A stretch of 63,997 bases of DNA, the filler included, from Stramenopiles sp. TOSAG23-2 (taxonomy: Eukaryota), in the NCBI GenBank assembly GCA_900128395.1. It is 18 parts of 18 records of this genome, joined end to end, with 100 filler letters (N's around TTAATTAATTAA, not from the genome) between each part and the next. Parts side by side here need not be neighbours in the genome. Positions count along the whole stretch, not along the records: positions 42,854 to 46,310 come from LT651203.1; positions 46,411 to 49,859 come from LT651204.1; positions 49,960 to 53,405 come from LT651205.1; positions 53,506 to 56,951 come from LT651206.1; 14 more parts are not named here. The stretch is one strand, 5' to 3'. Positions 44,661 to 57,051 of this stretch are shown here, one piece after another (position 1 is the first letter of the stretch; the number at the start of each line of letters is the position of its first letter). Below the pieces are notes generated by a model, which saw nothing but the letters and a program-made list of their open reading frames with translations, had not been told where the DNA came from and did no database searches. The translations under genes and the position numbers were made by a program.

Positions 44661-46277
44661 TTAATACTCTCCCCAACATAAAGGTTGACTGACAAATTTA
44701 CCAAACAACGTTGATAATTGAGATCTTAATACATCATCCAATAGAAAATCATTCTCATTTTCAGATGAGGATGATTCAATTTGTACTAATTCCAATAATT
44801 GTGTTATGTTATACATTTCTGGCATCAAAGAAAAAATTTCGCTTAAAATCCTTTCATTATTTTTTACATCTTTATCTTGCTGGCGAATTCTATAAATTAA
44901 GAGTTCCTCAAAAATTTGTTTTTGCACTAGACTACCACCATTATTGGAAAAATATAAAGGCGTTAACTTCGAGAAAATCATATCTTTTACAAATCTTAAT
45001 GCAGCTGTTTCTCCTAAATCTATTAAAATCATTTTTAATGCACCTATGTGGTCACCAGAACGGTACATTAATCCGGCTCTTGCCAAAATATATTCCTTTC
45101 CATTCCGTTTTTTAGGTATAGCAAGTAAAGCCCGTAAATGGTATCGTATCTTTTGGTTGTAACCACCATCTCCAGTTGTTTTAGGTGGTGCACGATCGGC
45201 TACACGGCTAACAAATTCTACTAATTTTGTTACATCTACTTTATAATATAAGCGTACCATTAATTCAAATAATGCAGGACTTTTTTCATTTCCAAAATTA
45301 TCAGGAAATTTTTCCGACAATAACAATAGTTGAAAATGTGGTCCTTGTCCAAATACCTCAAATTGCTTATTGGCCACATTGTATTTAATTCCAAAACCTT
45401 TTTCTAACGATGCCAGCAAGTTTACACTGTCAATATCGTCATACAACAAAGCTTCGTATAGATCAGAAGGTCTTAAATTCATAAATATAGAATTATTATC
45501 AATTCCATTCTTATTATTCTTATCATCTTCGCCGTCTTCATCATTGTTGCGATTGCCATCCTCATTGTCACCGTTTTCACATTCTAGTGCACCTTTATCC
45601 ACTTTACTTCTCATATTATCATAGTAAGTAGATTTATTTAGGTCCATCCTGTTATCTTCCACCTTTATCATCGAAGCTCGTATTTTTTCTAAATGCGGTG
45701 CTGCCATGCTGTTCAATGGTGTGAAATATTGCATTGATTGCGTACCAGTATAATCATTGAAAAAATTATTTACTTCCTGCTCAAAAATAACAGTGCCCCC
45801 ATCTTCATTTTGAGATGCCAACGCCAATGCTGGGTTTTGCATCCTTTTTCGCAATGATTCCCATACCGTTGGGCCACCAAGACCTAAAGATTGCATTTCC
45901 ATCGCTAGCTCCAACATTACTTTTGATGTTATCCCACGTGCAGAGGGGCCGTAATTTAATAACGCAGTTGAAGTCGCCTTCAAAAGTTCGACTCTATTTT
46001 CATTCAATGATTGCAAAGATTCTAATTTGCTGATGTACACATCAGGTGGTGGAAACCATATGGACCAAATTCTATCGGTAGACCAAATTCCACATGCAGC
46101 AGTTGTCCCTCCTGTCATCCATAATCCAATTGGGGGCGATGAAATCGTGGAAGCAAGAAAATCTATTGAAGAGACTAATAAACCAATGCCAGCATCATAA
46201 AATTTGCATGAACTTTCACATAATACGATAATTGAATTAAAAAGTATTGCAATATCTATCACTTTTTCCTCATCGGT
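44661..46277 (-). CDS. Hypothetical, largely helical protein, 5' truncated
   Basis: Long ORF with no family I can recognise. The last 33 bp of the contig (46278-46310) are an inverted copy of 45370-45402, so the listed start is chimeric. Confidence 0.7.
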   Translation of the reverse strand, partial: TDEEKVIDIAILFNSIIVLCESSCKFYDAGIGLLVSSIDFLASTISSPPIGLWMTGGTTAACGIWSTDRIWSIWFPPPDVYISKLESLQSLNENRVELLKATSTALLNYGPSARGITSKVMLELAMEMQSLGLGGPTVWESLRKRMQNPALALASQNEDGGTVIFEQEVNNFFNDYTGTQSMQYFTPLNSMAAPHLEKIRASMIKVEDNRMDLNKSTYYDNMRSKVDKGALECENGDNEDGNRNNDEDGEDDKNNKNGIDNNSIFMNLRPSDLYEALLYDDIDSVNLLASLEKGFGIKYNVANKQFEVFGQGPHFQLLLLSEKFPDNFGNEKSPALFELMVRLYYKVDVTKLVEFVSRVADRAPPKTTGDGGYNQKIRYHLRALLAIPKKRNGKEYILARAGLMYRSGDHIGALKMILIDLGETAALRFVKDMIFSKLTPLYFSNNGGSLVQKQIFEELLIYRIRQQDKDVKNNERILSEIFSLMPEMYNITQLLELVQIESSSSENENDFLLDDVLRSQLSTLFGKFVSQPLCWGEY

Positions 46278-46720
46278 AAAAGGTTTTGGAATTAAATACA
46301 ATGTGGCCAANNNNNNNNNNNNNNNNNNNNNNNNNNNNNNNNNNNNNNNNNNNNTTAATTAATTAANNNNNNNNNNNNNNNNNNNNNNNNNNNNNNNNNN
46401 NNNNNNNNNNCACATGTTTTTCAATAAAAAGTAGAAATATATATGTTAAAGTGGTATAAATGTATAGATTAGAATACTAAATATTGTACTTAAATATACC
46501 CTATTATATAGTACTTTTTTTTACCGATCCTCCCGATCTTATCGAAGATGGGTCATATATCATAATCATTTGTGTCATAACCACATATCAAAAAAGTATT
46601 TAAACACGAAAAACCCGTGTACTTTACATTACGAATATTTTAGGAATTTTATGTACGAAATATAAATCAGCAGAAACACTCCAAAATGCTCGATCCCGCC
46701 CGCTCTCTATATCTTGCTGT

Positions 46721-47656
46721 CTATCTCTCTTCATCATCTTTATTATTATCACTCATAACTTTTGTTGCAAAGAAAGCCACTACATATATAGATACAAATC
46801 CTGTCACGGAATAACTAATAGCAAATTCAACAATTCTTGCAGGTAATCCACGGAAACCTACACGTGCTCCACGTAAACATCTAACAATAGGATTTTGGCC
46901 TTCCACTTTTGGTGCTCCATTCCATACTAATTCTTTAACGTGTTGTGAGAATGTTTTGACTGGTTTTGATGGTGCAACGACCATCATTCGTGCTACGGTC
47001 GTATCAAATAAAAATGCTACAGTAACTGCTGCTGCTGCTGCAGATCCATAACTAACAGGTGGTGAAAAATTTCGTTCAGTGGCTAAATGATGTTGTGTGG
47101 AAAAAAAAGTACTATCATATACAGCAGAACAAGCACCAGCTGCATGTAATCTACGAAAAAGTGAATTTGTATTTCCTGATTTAGTTGCAGTACGTATAAT
47201 ATTACCCCAACGAGCTTCTTTCGCAGTGATAATGGATTGACTTAACATTTTTTTACGATATTCTGCTAAACCAGCTAAAAATCCTGTTGTATACCCACTG
47301 CCAACGGAGCCAACAAATCTAGCTCCCGTTCCAGTGATTCCCGTTGTTTTCTCTACGACTTGTGTATAAAGTTCTGAAATTAAAAACATAGGCCCTCTTG
47401 CAACCATTCGTTGTTCAATTGCTGGAGTCAACCCACGGTAAAATCCTAAAACTCCCATTGGCTTTCCATTTTTACCTATTGTTCCCATAATAGTTTTAAA
47501 TGCATTTGGATATGAACTAGAGCCACCTATTTGCATATTAATTTTAACTACATCACATGGGTGCGCACATAATGTGCCAGGAATAGCACCTAAACCTCCA
47601 ATCGCGCCCATTCTTAAACAAGCTATGACATCAATATCTAATCCTAAAAACGACAT
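46721..47656 (-). CDS. Mitochondrial carrier family (SLC25) protein, divergent
   Basis: HPCDVVKINMQ signature, GVLGFYRGL and GFRGL; tripartite 311-aa structure. Confidence 0.85.
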   Translation of the reverse strand: MSFLGLDIDVIACLRMGAIGGLGAIPGTLCAHPCDVVKINMQIGGSSSYPNAFKTIMGTIGKNGKPMGVLGFYRGLTPAIEQRMVARGPMFLISELYTQVVEKTTGITGTGARFVGSVGSGYTTGFLAGLAEYRKKMLSQSIITAKEARWGNIIRTATKSGNTNSLFRRLHAAGACSAVYDSTFFSTQHHLATERNFSPPVSYGSAAAAAVTVAFLFDTTVARMMVVAPSKPVKTFSQHVKELVWNGAPKVEGQNPIVRCLRGARVGFRGLPARIVEFAISYSVTGFVSIYVVAFFATKVMSDNNKDDEER

Positions 47657-48993
47657 AATAATTAATATTGTTTATATTATTTATATATATATAAATATAT
47701 CATGTATTATTATTATCTCTAATTTTTTTGTAAAAAAAAAAAAAAAATATCACACGCTATATATATATATATATTGAGCCAAAAATATAGCAACAACTGG
47801 AGTATGTATATCTATATATTATATATATAGATATTTATTTACATATAATAACAATGTATATTATCTATAGAATCTACAAAAAGCATATGGTGTATTTCTA
47901 TAAATTTATTTTTGTTTTTTATTTATATTTCATCTCCGGGTAAATATATATATATATTAATTATTTATATTAATAATAATATAACTGCTGTGTATCCTAT
48001 AATCGTATTAGTACCAGGTATAGTCTAAATAAGAACCACAGAAATTGAAAAGTTTTTGCGCTAACCCTATGGCTAACCAGGATATTCTTTAAAAAATCGC
48101 TAAATTTCTCTTGAATATGGTGATTCTTATTTGGACTACTAACTATTGTACTTCAATATATGATATTTCCCTACCTACTTCCGGGTTAACAGGTACACAG
48201 AACTGGTTATTCGTAATGAAAAATAACCAGTGCTGTGTAGGCGCACCACTTTTATGGATAATGGACCCGATTAGGTATTAGAGGAGCTGCTCCGTTTTAT
48301 GTCGGGTAGTGGGGACATACACATGTATAACAATGAATAAACATACTGTATTTGTGTACAATATTGCACTCACCACACACATGCGCAACACATGCTCACA
48401 CACATATATCAGAACATAGCATATATACTTACTATTAAAAATACAAACATATAATCTACGTTTGAAACATTGAGGAATTGAAACGACAAACTGGACGATT
48501 AGATATCTTCGAAGCTGGCAGTACAATATCGTTCAATTAGTGTTAACATTTATACAGTTAACATTTTATTTATTCCAACTTTTCTTGCATTTTTACAATT
48601 TTGTGTATATTTGTGCGGTAGGAATTGGAATTTATTAAATACAATTTCATAGAATTATATTTTTAATTTTATATAATTCTACATTACACGCTCACATTGT
48701 CAAAGAAATTAACTTGTTGTTTTAACTGGAAGATTTCTTCAACGCTGAAAGTACAATATTCATCCATTGTTGGAAACAATTAATAGTAAATATTCTACGG
48801 TTAAAATTTATTGTTCCATCCAAGCTCACATTGGCAAAGAAAGTAAATTTTAGGTACAATTCTACATTACGCGAAAAAACATTGGGAAAGTGATTATTAA
48901 CGCGTTCTTTCACTTCACCGATAATTGGAACTGTACGTAGTTTAGTAGTAATAATGAGGAGCTCAAGTGATAAGAAGACATTACGAAATAAAC

Positions 48994-49214
48994 CTGCAAC
49001 ATTCCATTTATTGCCGTCTTTCCACTCTCCTTCATGCCATACACATCACCATCAACCCAAGTATATTTCCCTTGCCTGTGCTTCTTGTCGTCTTTCCACT
49101 CTCCTTCATACACATCACCTTCCCATTTGCCTTTGCCAAAAGTATATTTCCCTTGCCCGTGCTTCTTGTCGTCTTTCCACTCTCCTTCTTACACATCACC
49201 ATCAGCCCAAGTCC
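48994..49214 (-). pseudogene. MORN-repeat gene fragment with a premature stop and a frameshift
   Basis: TWADGDV*EGEWKDDKKHGQGKYT..DVYEGEWKDDKKHRQGKYTWVDGDVY, then a 4-nt insertion before EGEWKDG. Confidence 0.75.
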
Positions 49215-49961
49215 CTGATATAGTTTTCATCCAAATTAATTAAACATCATTGGCCATTTTTGGATTTTATGAATTATCCAATATCTACCTATATAAATCT
49301 ATATAAATGGTATACTAAATCTTTACTCATTACGAGGAACACAACCTGTAATTTTTTAAAAATATTGCGACACACGCACACCGGATTTTCCGGAATTCAA
49401 AATCCCACCCATCAGACCACATTATAACATCAGGAAGCGAATATACTCTTTTCTAAAAATAGCACCGCAATACCTGTGGTAATTTTTTTCTTTTTTTTTA
49501 GCCTGCTATATACATGGATTAGCATGTTAATACCAGGTAATATATATTAGCACATTTACATTACTAATATTAATACAACATGATGTAATATATAAGAATT
49601 ACTAATAGATATAGATAGATATACATTGTATATATATCTATCATATCAATAGAAGAATACAAATAACAAAAACAAAATTCATACTCGATAAATAATTTAC
49701 TATTATAAACATAACCACATTCATTAAACATTCTTAAACTGTGAAACATATATATATATATAATTTTTCCAACATGAACTATAATGGTATGGAAATAGAT
49801 GATTCCTATCACTCAAATAACTCTTTGTCAAATAGTAATAACCTATCCATGTCATCAAANNNNNNNNNNNNNNNNNNNNNNNNNNNNNNNNNNNNNNNNN
49901 NNNTTAATTAATTAANNNNNNNNNNNNNNNNNNNNNNNNNNNNNNNNNNNNNNNNNNNNAT

Positions 49962-51845
49962 AAAGAGGAATGGAAACCAATTTTTGGAAATGTAAGCACA
50001 ATGAACAGAAATAATAAATCTAGCGAAGACAGTAAACCGAGATCGCGTGTGCGGACTGTCGCAAGGAAATCAAGAGCAAGTGTTCGTGTGCGCGAACAAG
50101 AGGGTATTCATGAACCGGGACGAGTCGGCTTATATAATCTTGGCAATACGTGCTTTATGAATTCTGTGCTACAAAGTTTGTGTTATACCGAAATGTTTAA
50201 AGAAGTTTACAATAGCGATATACCATCCAATTTTCCAATAAAACCACGTACACCATCGTTTTCAAGCCATAATAAATTCAGAAATGCAAAAACATCAGAC
50301 AATCATATGAACAGTAACAACAATAAAAATGTGAATAATAATAACAACAATATGAATCATAGTACTTATCTGAAAAAACGACCTGGACCTAGATCAGTGA
50401 CCTGTTTGCAAGATGTATTACCATCAGGTAGAAACGATTTTGCACCATCAAATGTTATTAATAAATTACAAGGTGGAGATGTAAGCAATAGAGGCACTCG
50501 TACATCTAGCAGAGTTATAGGGCAAGCACTAAAGAGACAAAAAAAAATGGAACCTCATCCATTTGATAATACTAAAGCAACAACAAACATCACAAGTACG
50601 CCGAAACCATCAGTAACCCCAATCGCTGTACATTCATTACCAAATAGCAGTAAAAGTAACTTAAATTCTGTCGAAAACATATCAATTACAAGAGAGATTA
50701 GAAAAGTGTATGAAGCGATATGGAAAGGCAAACATGGTGCTATTTCTACATGGTCTCCACAATATTTTTTCAATACCATTACCCGTTTAATGCCTTTTTT
50801 TGGTGGCAATACACAACAGGATGCGCATGATTTTTTGCATTATTTACTGGATCGTTTAAAAGATGAAAAAAAAATACAAGTAGAACGATTTTTTGGGGGT
50901 AAAATAGCTAGTGATGTGATTTGTGGCCGTTGTGGCAACCATAGACAGCGCATTGAAACGTTTTTGGATCTATCGTTAGATTATACCATGTTAAATGTCA
51001 ACTGCATAAAAGTCATTCGCGAAAGCGATGGAAAAACAGGATTGCAAGCGAGATATTTGAATTTGGTAGACTGTTTAAAACGTTTCACGAAAAAAGAAGA
51101 ATTATCACCGCGTCAAGAATATAAATGTGAAAATTGCTTTGCAACAAGGAAAAGTAAGGAAGAAACGGAAGTGCATTCATATCATGATATTGCATTTAAT
51201 GGAAAATATCCCATCGTCGGTGAAAGTCCAACTGAAAAACGTTTAACAATATCTTCTTTGCCAGAAATTTTGTGCTTGCATTTAAAAAGATGGAGAGCTG
51301 TTGGTCGATATTGGTTTAAAAACGATCGTTACGTTGAATATCCACTAGATGGTTTAGATTTAAAACCTCATATGCATCCAGATATGATTGTAACAAAGGA
51401 TGGAAACGAAATTTCATCGAAAGAGCTTGGGTCAATATATGATTTAATGGCAGTTGTCTGTCATCATGGTGCAGGGGTACGTTCAGGGCATTACACTTCG
51501 TATTGTCGTGATTTTGATAAAAACGAATGGGTTCATTTCGACGACCAGCGTGTTACACCTGTGTCAGATTCGGCACATGTTCAAACTCCGGATGCATATA
51601 TATTATTATATAAACGACGATATTCGCCATTGTCATTAGGTACATCTGATGTTGAATTTAGTAGTGGTGATGAAGATGATGAAGTGGGTGGGTATCATTA
51701 TATTGGCCATAATGGAATATTGCGACAAAACCGTGGAAGTAGTAGCTCTTCATCAACATCCTCAGGTGGTAGTGGTGGTAGGAGAAATACTAATAGAAGT
51801 AAGAAGAATGATCGCGATGGATCGCATCATATTGCGTTCGTGTAG
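49962..51845 (+). CDS. Ubiquitin-specific protease (peptidase C19), 5' truncated
   Basis: Cys box GLYNLGNTCFMNSVLQ, QQDAHDFL, FLDLSL, LCLHLKR, His box HHGAGVRSGHY, W..FDD and AYILLY. Confidence 0.95.
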   Translation, partial: KEEWKPIFGNVSTMNRNNKSSEDSKPRSRVRTVARKSRASVRVREQEGIHEPGRVGLYNLGNTCFMNSVLQSLCYTEMFKEVYNSDIPSNFPIKPRTPSFSSHNKFRNAKTSDNHMNSNNNKNVNNNNNNMNHSTYLKKRPGPRSVTCLQDVLPSGRNDFAPSNVINKLQGGDVSNRGTRTSSRVIGQALKRQKKMEPHPFDNTKATTNITSTPKPSVTPIAVHSLPNSSKSNLNSVENISITREIRKVYEAIWKGKHGAISTWSPQYFFNTITRLMPFFGGNTQQDAHDFLHYLLDRLKDEKKIQVERFFGGKIASDVICGRCGNHRQRIETFLDLSLDYTMLNVNCIKVIRESDGKTGLQARYLNLVDCLKRFTKKEELSPRQEYKCENCFATRKSKEETEVHSYHDIAFNGKYPIVGESPTEKRLTISSLPEILCLHLKRWRAVGRYWFKNDRYVEYPLDGLDLKPHMHPDMIVTKDGNEISSKELGSIYDLMAVVCHHGAGVRSGHYTSYCRDFDKNEWVHFDDQRVTPVSDSAHVQTPDAYILLYKRRYSPLSLGTSDVEFSSGDEDDEVGGYHYIGHNGILRQNRGSSSSSSTSSGGSGGRRNTNRSKKNDRDGSHHIAFV

Positions 51846-52348
51846 TACGATGTATAGAGATATAAAATATGAAAGGAGAGTTATGTTTAACATTATATAT
51901 ATATGATTATGATATCATTATAAATACTAAAATACACTTTTCTTAAAGTACACGAGTATTAGAGTATATTTTACGAGAGTTGTTGTACTTTTTTATTTTC
52001 TCTGTATACCTACTCATGATTTAATTCCTCTACCGTTTCCTCTGGGAATACAGTTAAATATATATGCAAATCTCACTAAATCGAAGACATACACACTCGT
52101 ATTTATTGATATATTTTACGTGTCGTACGTGCGTACGTTTCATTCCATACGCTTCGTATTTTTTTACAAATCATATTTCATAAGCTAAAAATACGAGAGG
52201 AGTTAATTATAAAAATTTTAATATCATACTGCTGGTGTTGTAAAAAAATTATACGAAGTACACATTATATTATATATCCTCCCTCTTTTCCGAATAACGT
52301 ACGCGTGCGTACAATTGAACCCTCTCTTATCTCTACAAAAATATTTTT

Positions 52349-53245
52349 CTATTCACAACCTTTTGGCTTAGATTTGGAATCTTTTAATATTGCACAATAA
52401 AAGCTATTCATATAATCATGACTTTGTGCAGCTTCAAATGGTTTGTAATTTATATTTGAAGGAACTGTCCATGCATGATGACAATTACCATATTTTGTAG
52501 TAGTCCAAATGGATACATTATTATTACGAAATTCATCTTCAATGTTTAACAATGCTTGGTATCCTTGATAATCCAAATCAGCATGGTGAACAGATATAGC
52601 AACTTCTTTCGTAAAATGGTCATGAGTTTGCGATGTTAAATTTCCTAGTTCACCATGAAAAGATGATACGCCAATAAGATTTGGATACCCCCTTCGTGCT
52701 AATTCAAGTACCATTTGTCCACCTAAGCAATAACCATTGGCAAACAATGCAGAAGTATTTACTGCATTAGGTTGGTTTGGAACTGCTTTCGTTTTTAAAA
52801 TTTCCATCCCATATTCCATTTTGTAATAAAATGAAGTTAAATTGCTTAAAATTTTATCCATCTCAGCTTTTGCTGCTGCGTCTGTTTTAGGACGAATACC
52901 TGTCCCATATAAGTCTGGAGCAAAGCAAATATAACCTTTTGCTGCTAATTGTTGACATCGCCATTTTTCCATTGCAGACAATCCATTCCATGTATGGCCA
53001 ATAAAAACACCTGGGGATGATTCAGAGGATGATAATATTGAGGATTTTGGATAAGCTGCATAACCTGTATAAGATACACCTTCTAATGAATATGGAAAAT
53101 CATGTCCAACAACATTTGATGGCATTGAAGGAGGCGTCCAACTTACTGATTTACCATGTCCATGTGCAACCTCGACCAAAAATACAATTGCAACACAAAA
53201 AAATACTATTTTTTTTCCCATTTTTCCATACATCATCTTTACCAT
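52349..53245 (-). CDS. Dienelactone hydrolase family protein with a signal peptide
   Basis: HTWNGL, LAAKGY..FAPDLYG, nucleophile GYCLGG, SFHG, H.D.D and HAWT; exact start Met uncertain. Confidence 0.88.
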   Translation of the reverse strand: MVKMMYGKMGKKIVFFCVAIVFLVEVAHGHGKSVSWTPPSMPSNVVGHDFPYSLEGVSYTGYAAYPKSSILSSSESSPGVFIGHTWNGLSAMEKWRCQQLAAKGYICFAPDLYGTGIRPKTDAAAKAEMDKILSNLTSFYYKMEYGMEILKTKAVPNQPNAVNTSALFANGYCLGGQMVLELARRGYPNLIGVSSFHGELGNLTSQTHDHFTKEVAISVHHADLDYQGYQALLNIEDEFRNNNVSIWTTTKYGNCHHAWTVPSNINYKPFEAAQSHDYMNSFYCAILKDSKSKPKGCE

Positions 53246-54020
53246 GTTGGTGTATCTATATAAAATATTTATTAGCAATAATGAAAATTGCGTTTCTTGT
53301 CTTGTTGATGTTTATTATATTTTGATGAAATAATGTTTATTCAATTAACTTTATTTCTGTTCATTGTGCTTACATTTCCAAAAATTGGTTTCCATTCCTC
53401 TTTATNNNNNNNNNNNNNNNNNNNNNNNNNNNNNNNNNNNNNNNNNNNNTTAATTAATTAANNNNNNNNNNNNNNNNNNNNNNNNNNNNNNNNNNNNNNN
53501 NNNNNCGTGAATCACTTCGTACTTATGGCTATACTAAATACCTGTAATATATCTATCAAACATTTACAATGGTATGTCTATCTTGTATGCTATATCCATT
53601 GTATATATAGCAGCTGAATACGATGGACCAGGTTTTTGCACCCCTATAGGGAAGATGATTTTTTTTTGTTGCACAGGAGAGAGAAATCTCTCTGTTTTTT
53701 TTTTGAGATTTGTTATTTGTTGAGATCCCTGTCTGTGGGAGATGTTAAAATCGATGTATAATATATTAAGATATGTCCATTCATTTTTTACAAATAGGTA
53801 GATATCGCGTAACCATTGTATATGTATATTTATATGTATGTATAATATCGAAGCGGATTACCTCTAGCCATGTTAATTGAAGAAAATATTTATATATATA
53901 TCTTTGTCGTGATTGTATTAATTGTATATATTAAATATCGAAAGACTATAAACCTTGTTTTTCAATCTATTTGGGATTCTGTTGATGAATACAATGCTTC
54001 GTATACAGAATTTTCTGACC

Positions 54021-54371
54021 ATGAAGACTAGGGAAAAAATTGTATTCAAAGTGCCTATAGTTATTATTATTGTAATTTTAGTAAATGTGTTGTTTGTATC
54101 TAAATCTGATATTCAATTTATAAAATTAGAAGATGGTTTATGCACTACACGACAACGTTGGAGTGGTGGCGAAGGTGAATGTAAATCAAAAAAATTAATG
54201 AATAACAATAATATGTTTCCAACATCATTGAACTATGGTAATAATAATAATATTAATAATGAGAAACAAAATACTACATTAATTGTCGTAATAATAAGTG
54301 CACGGCATCATTTTCAACATCGGCGATATATTAGAGAAACATGGGGATCGGAACATGCTTGCCACAGTCAC

Positions 54372-54416
<45 letters not shown>

Positions 54417-55529
54417 CCGTCAACTGTAATGTGTAAAATATTTTTTGTACTTGGTATGCCAACAACTATCGATGATAAAAATGGTCAAAATAATACAAAA
54501 ATTATAGATGAATCAAACATGTATCAAGATATTATACATGTTCCAGTATTAGATATTTATACAAATTTGATATATAAAGTATTATTAGCATTTGATTATA
54601 TTGATGATAAATATAATTATACATTTGTTTTGAAAGTTGATGATGATACTTATATAAATTTGAAATTATTGATAAAAGACTTATTGCATCCATTACACCC
54701 GATAAAGAAAACATTGAAAGGGCAAATTTGGGAAACGGTTCCTATGCGTGATGAAATGCATAAAAATTATATATCTGAATTATATTATCCATTAAAACAA
54801 TTGATTCCATATCCACATGGTGCACATTATTTAATAACAAATGATTTTGTGAAATATATTGTTCAAAATGAGGAAATGTTAGCTCCATCAATTATACCTC
54901 CTGAATATCGAGGAAATTTAGAAGATGTTAGAATTGGCATGTGGAGTTTTAGTATTGGCATGTCATATGTTCATGATATTCGATTTGTTGAAAGTATAAA
55001 TTGCCATTACAACGCAATTTCAATTTCAGATGTGCCGTTACATTTATTTAAACCTATTTATAACCACTTATTGCAGAACAACAATAATGACGTGGATAAT
55101 AATAATATAATATCTATGTGTACAAACGATTTACATGAATATGCAGCAAATGAATATTTAAAATTAGCAAAAAAATATATTTTGGAAGCAGATAATGATG
55201 TTGCTGCAGCAGCCGGAAAATCAGAGTTAATAATAGAAAATAAGGATACAAAACATTTATATGAAAAAGGTGGAGATGCATTAAATAATGCAGCTATTCA
55301 CTTTGCTTATGTATCTAAATTTAAAGAGGCTATGGCAAGTTTTGAAGATGCGAAGAAGATATATGAAATTATTGGTATTGAAAATAGACGAAGTGCTAGC
55401 CATAATTTAGAATATTTTTATAAAATTGCATCTGGAGAAAATGATTGTGATTTAAAATGTCATGAAAAATTGAAATTTGCGATTGATAAAGGGTTGGAAG
55501 AATTTGCTCGTCAGATATCAAAACCGTAA
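54021..55529 (+). CDS. GT31 beta-1,3-galactosyltransferase-like type II membrane protein with a TPR-like tail
   Basis: N-terminal TM, RRYIRETWG, FFVLG, E...YQDI, D.Y.NL..K, LKVDDDTYIN and EDVRIG; alternative ATG at 53985. Confidence 0.88.
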
Positions 55530-56566
55530 ATTTGTATTGTATGAGGTGTGACTTGGTGGTAGCTCTAGCCAGCCAGCCAGGGTACCGTAGGATTGCCAGA
55601 TTGCTTTGCTTACGCAAAGCGGCGAGTCACTCAACTAATAGGTATAGAAAATAAGGATTAAGGATTTTTTATTTTTGAATTTGATAGGTAAATATTCTTT
55701 CGCGACACTACGTTCACAAACAACAACAAACACATTATCCTATTTACCCTTTTTTTTCAAAATTTTTTCCGTGTCAGAAAAAACCTTATTGTTCGGCTCT
55801 TTGTTGGCACATTTCAGAGAGAACTGCACATTTGCACATTATTTGAGAATATACCACAGAATTCTCTACTTATAATTTCAAAAAAATAAATATCTTTTAG
55901 AAAGTTCTTTTTCCTTCTGGCGACTATTATATATTATTACACATATATATCATTCTTAAATATATATATTGTTGTTCTTTTGTCTATTTAGAAATGTGTA
56001 CATATAAATATTGCCTCTTTTTTTGTGATCGAGGCATCTCAAAATCACTCCAGGCACTCCTTTTTTTTTTATACCATTTTTTTTTCACTTCATCAGCAGC
56101 GCAGCAGAAAAATGCAGCGCTTTTCCTTTTCCTTCTTGTCGAGTCAATAGGTAAATTGATTTGATTTAGTATAGGCGAATATCATACCAAAAATGTGGTA
56201 CTCTACGTAGCTAGCTCTACCACAAGCGCTACCACCGTGGTATGCTGTATGCTGGTAGCTGGTATGCAATACGTATCTAGTAAGACCTATAAATACCTGC
56301 CCAGCCTGGTACTGTCCTGTATTTGCATACACAGCTAGTGTCGACCATTATAATATTGTTCACACGTTGTTCACACTTCTGTCTTTTCTTCACACATTTT
56401 GTCTGTCGTCAGAAAGTTGTTTTCAAAATTGTTTTTTATACCAGATAGAAATACCTCATACGTATATATCCTCGTATACTGTATAGAGAGAGAGAGAGAG
56501 AGAGAGAGACATTTCTTATCAAAAGGAAGAAAGAAAGAATTGAAAGTAGTTTCTTTTTTTTTTAAG

Positions 56567-56951
56567 ATGGTACGAAAAGATGCGAAAAAAAGGAGAGCAA
56601 CACCATCACGGAAAAAAAATTCAAGTAATAATATCATTGATGAAAATAATAATAATATGATATTAATTATTGGTGCCGGGCCGTCGGGACTAGTAACATT
56701 AAAAACATTATTAGAAAATAATTATAATGCTATAATTCTTGAAGCATCATCAAAAATTGGTGGAACATTTGCCAATAAATCGTATGATGATGGATCATTG
56801 GTTAGTTCAAAATATATCACATCATTTTCAGATTTTAGGTGGGAAGATGCGTCTGATAATCATCCACCTATTCCTGAATATTTAAATTATTTACACCAAT
56901 ATTGTGAAGAATTTGATCTGTATCAATTTATATATTTTGATACACAAATAG
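56567..56951 (+). CDS. Flavin-containing monooxygenase, N-terminal part, 3' truncated
   Basis: IIGAGPSGL, E....IGGTF, SSKYITSFSDF and EYLNYL..YC..F.L...I.F. Confidence 0.88.
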
Positions 56952-57051
56952 NNNNNNNNNNNNNNNNNNNNNNNNNNNNNNNNNNNNNNNNNNNNTTAAT
57001 TAATTAANNNNNNNNNNNNNNNNNNNNNNNNNNNNNNNNNNNNNNNNNNNN

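Noticed and set aside
45370-46310. 33-bp inverted copy giving two ORFs that start MATLYLIPKPF
   Set aside because: Fold-back chimera at the contig end; not a real start or an invertible element.
49960-53405. Contig bounded by perfect 55-bp inverted repeats (49960-50014 and 53351-53405), like a cargo-carrying transposon
   Set aside because: The length is exactly 55 bp, the same as other terminal duplications here and a common assembler k-mer. The left copy is in-frame USP coding sequence, and there is no transposase or target duplication. Best explained as an inversion chimera or graph artefact.
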